Shown one piece after another: positions 29,938-39,265 of a stretch of 64,000 nt of DNA. The stretch comes from Candidatus Latescibacterota bacterium (GTDB lineage: Bacteria > Latescibacterota > UBA2968 > UBA8231): positions 864,001 through 928,000 of the forward strand of contig OZ242318.1 in assembly GCA_965208105.1 (NCBI GenBank). Reading direction: 5' to 3'. The notes beneath the pieces were generated by a model that searched no databases, was not told where the DNA came from, and worked only from the letters and a program-made list of their open reading frames with translations. The position numbers and the translations under genes are program-made. Positions within the stretch are counted from its first letter, which is position 1, and each line of letters opens with the position of its first letter.

Positions 29938-30459
29938 ATGACCCAAAGCACCGACAATTTCATAGACCGGATGGTCCGGGCCATCGTCGACGAAGTCGAT
30001 CCCGAGCAGGTGATCCTCTTCGGCTCCCGCGGCCGCGGCGATGAGCGGCGAGATTCGGACGAGATCCCCGATGAAGTCTTCGGCTTTCACGTGCAGCAAG
30101 CCGCCGAGAAATCGCCCAAGGCGCACCTCGCGCTGCTTGGTGAAACCTACCCGCTCACACAAAATCTTGAAGCACTCCTGGACATGCTCGCCAAGCGGAG
30201 TATCGCTACTGCGTCGTTTCGACAACTGATCGGCTACACGCCCTTCGCGGTCGAATTTCGTTTTAAGGATGTCGGCTCTGATACTGAAGCGACATTCACG
30301 GCCTATGAAAATATCATCAAGCTGTGCATCGATGAGCATGTGGACGCGCTGCTCATTGCGGGCGACGCGTACGCCTCGGGCGATCGCAGCCTCCTCGGCT
30401 ATTTCGAGGTGGGGCACCCCTCCGCGGACTGCTCCTATTCCGCCCTTCCCAGGCGATAG
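29938..30459 (+). pseudogene. In-frame chimera of MNT nucleotidyltransferase, HEPN and SbcD/Mre11-like fragments
   Basis: PEQVILFGSRGRGD..DSD, then FGFHVQQAAEK..K..YPLTQNL..YTPFAVEFR, then ATFTAYENIIKLCIDEHVDALLIAGDAY. Confidence 0.7.
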
Positions 30460-32875
30460 CCGACACCAGTCTCGTTGAAGAGGTAGTTGGGGGTCTTTGC
30501 GTCGTCGTCCAGCTTGCGGCGGATGCTCTTCACCATCGAGCGCAGCGGTCGCCGGTCGGCCGGCGTCTTCCCACCCCAAACCCGCTCCAGCAGCTCCTCG
30601 TAGGTCACTACCCTTCCCAGATGGATTGATAGCTCAACCAGCAGCCGGTACTCGAGGGCGGTCAACCTCACCCGCCGTTCGCCCACCATCACCCGCCGGT
30701 CCGCGTAGTCGATGGTCAACTCTCCCAGCACACAGGGTTCGGTGGGCTCGGTTCGGACGGGTGCGGCCCCCCGGCGCAGGATGGACCGGATTCGGGCGGT
30801 CAATTCGGTCGCCGAGAAGGGCTTGACCACGTAATCGACCGCGCCGGCGTCGAAGGCCCGGGCAATCACCTCTTCCTGGCCATAGGCGGACAGGAAGAGG
30901 ACCGGCACCGAGGCTATTTCGAAAATCTCCCCCATCAGCTCGATGCCGTCGACCTTAGGCAGCACCAGGTCCAGCAACACGAGGTGGGGACGGTGCTCCT
31001 TCAGAAGGCGGGGCACCTCCGCCGGTTCACCGGTTGCGATGGTCTGGTACTCCTCTTTCGACAAGGTCTCCCGCACGCTCCGCAGAGTCTGCGGGTCGTC
31101 GTCCACCACCAGGATGGGGATCTGCTTCCTACCGCTTGGCCCAGGGCGGGCGAAGCCCGGCTCGGATGCCGCCGAAGGGGCCATTGCGGCCTCCTCGACG
31201 GAGGGGAGGGTAAAGGTGATGCGCGTCCCCCGGCCCTCCCCTTCGCTTTCGGCCCGGATTCGGCCCCCGTGGGACTCCACGATGCCTTTGCAGATGGCCA
31301 GGCCCAGGCCCGCCTCCCACTTCCCCTCTTCGTCTTCCCCGTCAACGCGGGGGAACTTGCGGAACAGGTGCGGCAACTGCTCGGCTGAAACTCCCCGGCC
31401 CCGATCCGTAACGGATATCGCCACATGGAACTCCTCCATCACCGCCGATACCAGGATGGGCGCCCCTCCTTTGGGAGAATGCCGGAACGCGTTGGACAGC
31501 AAGTTGCCCAACACCTGGACGATGCGACTCCTGTCGGCCATCACCCGGGGAAGGCCGACCGCCAACTCGATGCGAACGTCGCCCGATGTGCCCCCGCTCA
31601 GGAAGGTGTTGCGGGCTTGGTCCACCAGGCTGTCCACGGTGGCCGGTTCGGGATCGACCTGCAAGGTGCCGGTCTCGATGCGCGCCACGTCCAAAAGATC
31701 CTTGATCAGGCTGCTCATGTAGTCGGCCTGATGGTTGATGATGCGAAAGAACTGAACCATCTCGGCTGCGCTCAGGGCGGAGGTGTCGCCCAACACCGTG
31801 GTCGTGGACCCCTTGATGGAGGTCAGAGGAGCACGCAGCTCGTGGCTCACCATCGCGAGAAACTCGGCCCGCAGCCGCTCCACCTCCATCAGAGAGGTCA
31901 TGTCCTGCAGGGTCATCACCACCGACTCCACCTCCCCGTTCTCCTCCGAGCGGATCGGCGTCGCATTGAGCAGAACCGTGACCGACCGTCCGTCGGGCAC
32001 CCGCAGGACGATCTCCTCGACCCGCACCGTCTCGCATTCGCTCAGCGCCTGGGCAACGGAGACCTGTTCCAGAGAGACCTCCCGGCCGTCTCCTCGCCGA
32101 AAAGTCAGGACCTGGAGGAGCTCCTCGTGCGATTGCTCCGGATTGCGCAAACCGTCGGCGATCCTTCTGGCTTCCCGGTTGAACGAAACCGGAACTCCCG
32201 TCCTCGCGTCCCAGACGATCACGCCCACCGGAGAGGTGTCGATCAGGGTCTCCAGATCGGTGCGGGCCCGCTGCTCGTCGCGGTATCTGCGCGCGTTGGA
32301 CAAAACCAGCGCCGCCTGCGAAGCGAACAGGACCAGGGTCTCCTCGTCTTCCCGGGTGAATTCTTCGCCCGCCTTCTTCCAGGCCAGAAAGATGTTGCCC
32401 ACCCGCTGGCCCTGGTGGAGGATCGGCGCGGCGAGAAAGGAGACCTTCGGCCCCACCTCTGCGGGCAGTGGAAAGCAGGAAGGCCCCGGGAGGTGATATG
32501 GCCCAAAAGGTCCGGGAGCCGAAGCGGGCTTGGAAGGCTGCCGAGATACTCGAACAGGCGCATCCCGTCGGGCAGGTCCCACAGTCGACTCGCCTCCTCG
32601 GTGGTCATCCCCGAAGAAAGGAAGCTCTCCGGCTGTCCCGCATCGTCGACCACCGCAATCACCCCATACCGGGCCCCCGTCAGCGCGCGGGTGGAGTCCA
32701 GAACAACCTGCACCACCGTTTCGAAATCGAGGCTCTCGTTGATGCGCAGGCTGACCTCGATCAACCGGGAAAAACGCTCCCGCAAGGCCTTGATTTCCCG
32801 TTGAAGTTCCTCCGCCGATCTCAATTTGCTTCCTCCTGGTTGTTGGGAATCAGGCCCTTCAATAATCCCCATCAT
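30435..32875 (-). pseudogene. Soluble GAF-PAS-HisKA-HATPase-REC-winged-helix hybrid regulator, split by a frameshift near 32470
   Basis: ORF 32243..32875 has the GAF N-part; ORF 30435..32582 continues with SFLAAPI, SHELRAPL, GLGLAICK, VVDDD/LLDL and an OmpR-type tail (LTALEYRLL...GVGYRL). Confidence 0.85.
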
Positions 32876-32946
32876 ATGAATCTGATTTTGGGGCCCGACC
32901 TGGCCTTTCCATCGCTTGATTCAGGAAAAATTAACCAGGGACCAAA

Positions 32947-33040
32947 TTCACATTAAATTTTCACAATGTCAAGGCAAAATATCACTTTAATATCACTTCA
33001 AGGTATTATCACTTCAAGATCTTTAAGGTATTATTAATAG
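32947..33040. promoter_or_regulatory. AT-rich divergent promoter region with direct repeats
   Basis: ATCACTT at 32981, 32992, 33008; TTCACA at 32947 and 32960; AAGGTATTAT twice. Confidence 0.5.
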
Positions 33041-33159
33041 GTGGAACACTCACAAGAAGAATGCCGTTCTGGGAGTGAGGGGAAATCATCATTGCGGAGG
33101 GGAACATGCGGGCACGGGTGGCGAAGGCGGCGGCGAACATTCAGGCGGAGGTGGAGAGG

Positions 33160-33615
33160 GTGATCCGGTTAATCTTTTCAGCCCTGGCTGTGGTGGCCCT
33201 CTTGAGCGTTCCGGTTCATGCTGCGACAGAAGAAACCGCTCAGGACACCTCCAGTCCGCCTTCCCACGAGCAGCCGGAAGACGAAGAGAGCGGAGAAGAG
33301 CCTGCCCAGCAGCCGGCTGCATAGGACTCGGTTGCAAAAACCCCTCCACCCGAGCCTGACGACCCTGAAGAAACCGGAGAAGAAGCCGCCCAGGACGATA
33401 CAACCGACACCACTGACACCACCGAACCTCCTGTCCAATCCCGGCAGCAAAAAGCCGATTTCAATGGCGACGGCATGGTCAACTTCGAGGACTTCTTCCT
33501 GTTCGCGGATGCCTTCAACAGCGAGGACCTTCGCTTTGATCTGGACGGCGACGGAAGGGTGGGATTCAGCGATTTCTTCGTCCTTGCCGATTTCTTCGGA
33601 CAATCGACCCGGTGA
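33160..33615 (+). pseudogene. Secreted acidic low-complexity protein with dockerin-like domain, interrupted by an in-frame TAG
   Basis: Signal peptide VIRLIFSALAVVALLSVPVHA; TAG 33322-33324; same frame continues to ADFNGDGMVNFEDFFLFADAF..DLDGDGRVGFSDFFVLADFFG, TGA 33613-33615. Confidence 0.8.
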
Positions 33616-33857
33616 AGAAAAGAGGATTTGAGGTCGGTATGGGGAGCCTCAGGCGAAAAGATTAAACGTCCCGGCAGGGCGCTCTCTTCGGGTAACCCCG
33701 CCTCCACATCTTTCGCTCGGGCGAAGCAGAATGTGGCCGGGACATTTGCCATCTGAACAGGAAAATCAATTAATCCAATCGGTCAGGCGAAATCGGGCCT
33801 GATTTACCGAATTTCCCATAAATCCTCATGGTCCATTTCACCTACAGGAGAAACCAC

Positions 33858-34319
33858 ATGAAACCCTTGCTCTCTCTGCTTGTTCTACTGGTCCTGCCTC
33901 CCTCCCCCGCTCTCTCGCAGGACATAACCGGGACGTGGATGGCCGTTGCCCCGGAAGAAGAAGCCCCAATCGCCGCGGTAAAAATTGAAATTAAGGCGGA
34001 CGGTTCCTTAATCATGGAGCAGGAAATCAGCGACGATCAGACCAGCTTTACCTATGTGATTACGGGAACCTGGGTTACCGCGGGAGATACCATCTCCATT
34101 CATATGTCTGAGGCTGAGGCGCGCATAGGCACGCAGACCCTGAAGGACGAGGACTTCTCTCCGTCCACATTCAATGGGTCCTACCATTTGACCGATTCCA
34201 CCCTGTCCCTTTCCCTGCGAGATGAAAACGGGACGGAGTTCGTCATCGAGTTGCAAAGAAGCCTAACCAGCGTAAGCCCGATCAACTGGGCCCGGGTGAA
34301 GAAGAAGATCATGGAATAG
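33858..34319 (+). CDS. Secreted lipocalin-like beta protein with C-terminal TSVSPINWARVKK tail
   Basis: AGGAG RBS, signal peptide, ITGTW and ITGTWVT strands. Confidence 0.7.
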   Translation: MKPLLSLLVLLVLPPSPALSQDITGTWMAVAPEEEAPIAAVKIEIKADGSLIMEQEISDDQTSFTYVITGTWVTAGDTISIHMSEAEARIGTQTLKDEDFSPSTFNGSYHLTDSTLSLSLRDENGTEFVIELQRSLTSVSPINWARVKKKIME

Positions 34320-34333
34320 TTTCATCGAGGACC

Positions 34334-34356
34334 TGGAGTTCCCCCGGCTTGGTGGA
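34334..34356. repeat. Isolated IS3-family terminal inverted repeat
   Basis: TGGAGTTCCCCCGGCTTGGTGGA, closely matching the ends at 38818, 39243-39265 and 40523. Confidence 0.7.
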
Positions 34357-34859
34357 TTCCTGACAACCTGTCTATTTGAGACCAGGGAGGGCAAAGAAGG
34401 ATTCTCAAGAAAATCAGAAATGTAGTGGAGGCCGTTGAGTGCATGCAGGCCGGCATGACCTGCGGAGAAGCGCTCGTAACCGTAAGGGATCGATACGGCT
34501 ACAGCAGCAATACGCCCCGAATTGCCGAAGGGGACATGTCCGAGTATTCACGTTTGAGTTCAAGCAAATGGTGGCAAGCGGTAAGATCAAATTGAGGAGA
34601 TTTTGCAATAAATTGAGGGAAGCCGCCGGACTATGATCGTTCAAATTGTATATCAGAATCTACTCAGAATCTATTTTCAATAGGAGATTCCATAATGGCA
34701 CTGGTGGAACCATTGGCGGAGGCCCAATTGAAAGAAAATTAGATAAAGTTGCAATGAAGAGAATAAAAGACATGGAGGATCGAATTCCACACGGAAGAAG
34801 GGCCTACTGTCTGGACCCAAATTTCCAATACGGCAGATCGGAGGGTGTTCTGGGGGCAG

Positions 34860-35435
34860 ATTAGGATTACTGAGCAGACCTACTATCGGTGGAGGAAGGA
34901 ATACGGAGGCCTGAAGATGGACCAGGCCAAGCGCCTCAAGGCCCTGGAGAAGGAGAATGTGCGATTTAAGAACTGGTGGCGGATCTGTTTACCCGCGGCA
35001 TTCGCGGCTGGCAGCTGGGCCGCAGCTTGACCGGAGAGCTGGTCTATGCCGCGCTGGAACAGGCCCTGGCGCACCATCCGGCGCCGCAGATCCATCACTC
35101 CGACCAGGGTCTCCAGTATCTGGCCCACGGCTACGTGAAGCGGCTCCAGGCCCAGCAAGTACGGATCAGTCTAGCCGCCAAAGACCGCCCTACGGAGAAT
35201 GCCTTTGCCGAGCGCCTCATTCGTATCCTCAAAGAAGAGGAGGTCTATCTCAACGAGTATCGGTCCTTCCAGGAAGCCGATCAGCACATCGGCTATTTTC
35301 TGGAAGAGGTCTACATGAACAAGCGAATCCATTCTGCTTTGGCGTATCGGACGCCGGCTGAATTCGAGGCCCAGTTCCATGCCCGGCGTTAGTTATTTTT
35401 CTACTAAATGTGTCCAGCTTTATGGGGTCACTTCA
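34860..35435 (+). mobile_element. IS3-family remnant: orfA fragment joined to an integrase-core C-part and a right end
   Basis: ITEQTYYRWRKEYGGLKMDQAKRLKALEKEN; then IHHSDQGLQY, ENAFAERLIRILKEEEV, RIHSALAYRTP; terminal TGTCCAGCTTTATGGGGTCACTTCA at 35411-35435. Confidence 0.85.
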
Positions 35436-35468
35436 AGGTTCAGAACACTCCTCAGGAGGAACTCAGTG

Positions 35469-37289
35469 ATGCAACAGTTTGGAAAGCAGCTCGCATTAAT
35501 CCTCACCGGCGCTGCCCTGGGCATCTTCGTCTCGGCGTGCGGAAGCACCGACAACGGTCTCCCCACGGGCCCCGACTTCGAAGGCCAGCCCGAGACCGGC
35601 GAACAGGACCGGGCGATCGCCCAGGAAAAAGCCGCCGCCGCCCGAGAGGAAATGGAGCAAGTCTTGTCGGACATCTACGACGCAGACGAAATCGACCTCG
35701 ACCACATTGACTTCTCCGAAGCCGACCGGCTCTACCGCGAGGCTATCGCCGCCGATCCGCGCAATACTGAAGCGCAATTCGGTGCCGCCCTCACTCACCT
35801 GCTGGTCCTTGCCATCAATGAGGATGTGCGCGCTGCTCAGGATTCGCTCAACGCTTACACGAGCGACAGAGAGGGCAGGGGCAAACTGGCCATCGTCGCA
35901 ACGGATCTGAGTGCCACAGCCGAAATCGCGGCAAAATCGCCGCTGATTGTGGCCAAAATGACCCAGGATGCCATCGAGGATCCACTAAAGGTAAGCGATA
36001 TCCAGGAAACGATTGAAGAAGAGATCATTCCCGCCATCGACTACGCCTTGGAGCGCCTCAAGATCGTCGAGGACGATCCCGATTTCACCTTCGAACTCAC
36101 GCCGAAAATGCAGGGCGACGAAGGGGAAGAGCCGCGCGAACTCGATCTAGGCGAAGCGTATCTGATCGACGCCAATTTGCGCCTGCTCAAAGCCGTCTTT
36201 CTGGTGGCCACGGCCTACAATTTTGACTTTGACGACAACGGCAGCTATGCGTTTCTCGACGACGGCAGCAACGAGAACGTTCTGCGGCATATGGAACGAT
36301 TGGATAAGACGGGCACCTTCATGACCCAGAGATCGGCTGGTGCCCTGCCAAGGGCAAAAGCCTCGATATTGACAGCCATCGACAAAATCGAACTGGGCAT
36401 GGCGGCCGTGCGCGCCGAGACCGACGACCAGAACGATGACCTGATCCTGGCCGAGGATCTGGACGATTTGGACGAGGAGATCGACATGTCGGATAGGGAC
36501 GACGACTGGCCGGTCTTCTTCCGCGACATCCGCACGGCCGGCGACGCCCTGCGCAAGGCCCGCGAGATACTCGAAGGCACGGTCGAGATCGAGGCCGACT
36601 TCGACGGCGACGAGGAGACACCCAAACAGACGATGGTCTTCGACCTCGGCCAGTTCTTCGACAATCCGATCCGTGACCTGCGTACTCTGCTTCCTTACCA
36701 CACCTGGCACCTCAACCGGCTGCAGAACCGCAATTTCGCCGACGAACTGGTGCTGACCGACGCCAACGGTACGGCCTTGGAAGCATCGCCTCCGCTGATC
36801 TTTCCCGATCCCTCCTTTGGCGGAGTGTTTAAAAGCATCGGCACCAACGAGGAATTGCTCGACCTCTTCGGCATTGATGACGAGAACCATAACCAGAAGG
36901 ACCTGCTCTATGAAATTGGCTTGATCTCCGCTCGCGACGGCGGCATCGTCACCACCAACGAGGATACCGTGTCCATCGAGGTGATCTATTCCGGCTACGT
37001 AGGGAACGAATGGATTGAAAACCACAGCGTGACCGTACCTTCCGGCACCCGGGGACTGGACGTGGTGCGCAGTGAATTTAGCCAGCCCATGGCGGGCGAT
37101 TACAGCTACAAGTTACGCATTTTGAGAGAGGGTGTTGCCATCTTCGACAATAGCGACTACTGGAATTGGATTTTCGGCAACATCTACTGCACCGTCAGTT
37201 CGGGTCAGCTAACCATAGAGGAGGCGGATTACGATCGGCACTACGAAACGCCTTGGGACGTGTACGAATCCCACACGTTCTCGTTCTAA
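35469..37289 (+). CDS. Large acidic lipoprotein of unknown function with a TPR-like N-terminal segment
   Basis: GGAGG RBS, lipobox VSAC, LYREAIAADPRNTEAQFGAAL, Asp-rich segments such as ADFDGDEE. Confidence 0.75.
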   Translation: MQQFGKQLALILTGAALGIFVSACGSTDNGLPTGPDFEGQPETGEQDRAIAQEKAAAAREEMEQVLSDIYDADEIDLDHIDFSEADRLYREAIAADPRNTEAQFGAALTHLLVLAINEDVRAAQDSLNAYTSDREGRGKLAIVATDLSATAEIAAKSPLIVAKMTQDAIEDPLKVSDIQETIEEEIIPAIDYALERLKIVEDDPDFTFELTPKMQGDEGEEPRELDLGEAYLIDANLRLLKAVFLVATAYNFDFDDNGSYAFLDDGSNENVLRHMERLDKTGTFMTQRSAGALPRAKASILTAIDKIELGMAAVRAETDDQNDDLILAEDLDDLDEEIDMSDRDDDWPVFFRDIRTAGDALRKAREILEGTVEIEADFDGDEETPKQTMVFDLGQFFDNPIRDLRTLLPYHTWHLNRLQNRNFADELVLTDANGTALEASPPLIFPDPSFGGVFKSIGTNEELLDLFGIDDENHNQKDLLYEIGLISARDGGIVTTNEDTVSIEVIYSGYVGNEWIENHSVTVPSGTRGLDVVRSEFSQPMAGDYSYKLRILREGVAIFDNSDYWNWIFGNIYCTVSSGQLTIEEADYDRHYETPWDVYESHTFSF

Positions 37290-37392
37290 TCGCCGTACTC
37301 TATCATTTATTCAGGCTCTGAGTGTCTATCTTCGTCCAACCGTACACGGGCCGCATTCCTCCGTCGGGGTGCGGCCTGTCCCTTTTTCGCTC

Positions 37393-38805
37393 ATGACCGA
37401 TTCCAGTTTCACTTGCCCTTGTTCCCGCCGTCTGTGGCCGCTGTTGGTCCTGGCCATACTGTGTCACAGCGCACCCGTCACCGCCGCGCCCCTGGATGCT
37501 CTGCGCACCCTGTGGACCATCCGTTCCGATTCCCGGTCCGATCCCACTGGCCTCGCCAAGGCGGGCGCCGCGCACACGGAACTCTCTCTCGACCATCACC
37601 TGCTGATCCGCTCCCGCAGCCGCGAAAGTGCCACTTGGGGCCTGTCCGGGCGCCAGGAACTACCCCTGTTCCGAGGCACCCTACGCATGGAACTGGGCCG
37701 CGCAGGCACGGAGGCCCGCTTTTCGTCCGACACCGCTTGGCTCTCATCCAGACCGAACCAGCGCGAGTACGTCGACCTCGGCTATGGCCTGTCCGGAATT
37801 AATCGCATGGATTTAGGTTTGAAAATGCGCCTCCGGCCCGCCGCCGGCGTCGAGGGTGCCGCCAGTCTCCGCTTGCAACTTCCGGCTGGCTGGAGCGCAG
37901 ACGCCTATCTCAGTCGCTATGCCGTGGACCATCAGGTGAGCTTCGACTTCAAATCCAACCGTTTCGACGCCGATGTCCCCGGTCACCGCAACGCCGGCGG
38001 ACTCGAGTTAAAGGGCGATCTTTTTGACAAGGTTGTGGTGCATTTACGCGGACACCGGGGACACCTTCCGGCGGAACTTGAGTCGGAAGGTTATACCCTG
38101 GCCCCTTGCGCCGACTGGGGGAAGTACGCTAGCTCGATCACCATCTTCTTCACCTCCCCCTTCTCCCTGCAAAGCCACCTGCGCTACCGACATCTTTCCA
38201 GTCACCCCGAAGGCCATTTGCAGGGCCGGCGCTTCATGCGCAGCCGCGCCACCGCGCACGATCTCGCCGGCTTTCTCTCGCTGCGCTACGCCCCGCGACG
38301 GGATCGGGAAATGGCATGGAGCATCTTCGCCAATCGCGGCACGCTGGAGGCAAGTCGGGGCCGCCTGGAAAGTTGGCCCTTCCTCAACAGCTTCGCCTCC
38401 GTGGTGGGCGGCAAGGACTGGTCGTTTTGGGGCGATGCGAACCTGCGTCTCTACGGTGGTGGCTTCCGCCTCCGCCGCCACCATGCCCGCTGGCACTTGG
38501 AAACGGCCACCCGCCTCTTCCGCCTGGGCGGCGGTCTATCCACCACTTCGCGCGAGCGCAGCAAATTCAATATTGGGAGCCTGCTCTTTCCCCAAGAACA
38601 TCGATCCAGAAATACTTTCCGAGCTCAGGTAATGGATCTCGGTGTCCTGATCGAATACCGTTTCCCCGCCTGGGGCTTGCGCTATGCAATTTCCCAGCTC
38701 ATCCCGCTGCGCGTGCATACCACTTTCGCCACCGAATCGGCCGAGGACAAGCGAGGCGGCAGACAACAACATCTCAGCTTAATCTACACCCCTGACTTGA
38801 AGTAG
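37393..38805 (+). CDS. Putative outer-membrane beta-barrel protein
   Basis: Signal peptide, basic amphipathic strands, C-terminal HLSLIY strand. Confidence 0.6.
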   Translation: MTDSSFTCPCSRRLWPLLVLAILCHSAPVTAAPLDALRTLWTIRSDSRSDPTGLAKAGAAHTELSLDHHLLIRSRSRESATWGLSGRQELPLFRGTLRMELGRAGTEARFSSDTAWLSSRPNQREYVDLGYGLSGINRMDLGLKMRLRPAAGVEGAASLRLQLPAGWSADAYLSRYAVDHQVSFDFKSNRFDADVPGHRNAGGLELKGDLFDKVVVHLRGHRGHLPAELESEGYTLAPCADWGKYASSITIFFTSPFSLQSHLRYRHLSSHPEGHLQGRRFMRSRATAHDLAGFLSLRYAPRRDREMAWSIFANRGTLEASRGRLESWPFLNSFASVVGGKDWSFWGDANLRLYGGGFRLRRHHARWHLETATRLFRLGGGLSTTSRERSKFNIGSLLFPQEHRSRNTFRAQVMDLGVLIEYRFPAWGLRYAISQLIPLRVHTTFATESAEDKRGGRQQHLSLIYTPDLK

Positions 38806-38817
38806 ATGAAAGAGGTC

Positions 38818-39265
38818 TGGAGTTACCCCGGTTTGGTGGACAGTTTTGGACTTGAGATTTCCGGACGTTCCTTCCATCTCTTTTCATAGCTGATGGGCGA
38901 CATATACTCCAAAGTTGAGAGGGGGCGATGGGGGTTGAACCAACTTCAATTTCTCGAATGATCGGTGCCGTCAGCGCTGAAATTCCGGTCCACCAGATCA
39001 GGGGCTGGACGCCGATCTTTGGACCGGCGGGTGGTGGTCAAGCCATCGTGGCGCCGGCCGCTATCGAGATCGGCCTGTTTTACGCAGGTTTGAATCGTCT
39101 GAGCGGAGGGCTCGAACTCTTTAGCCAAGGAGCCAGGCGAGCGTCCGGAGCGGACCAGCTCGATCATCTGCTGGCCAAATTCGGAGGGATAGGGGATACG
39201 TGATTTAGGCATGGGGGCTCCTTTTCATCAAGTGATAAGGTATCCACCAAACCGGGTCAACTCCA
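38818..39265 (-). mobile_element. Mini-IS3 (448 bp, both ends present, internally deleted)
   Basis: TIRs TGGAGTTACCCCGGTTTGGTGGA / TCCACCAAACCGGGTCAACTCCA; orfA MPKSRIPYPSEF..LAKEFEPSAQTI fused to orfB pieces PAPDLVDRNFSA and STLEYMSPISYE. Confidence 0.85.

Noticed and set aside
33322-33324. TAG as pyrrolysine or a recoded stop
   Set aside because: prfA is intact and many genes here end in TAG; sister repeats show CAG, so a point mutation is simpler
34400-34850. Short AT-rich ORFs between IS ends
   Set aside because: No recognisable family; probably decayed fragments
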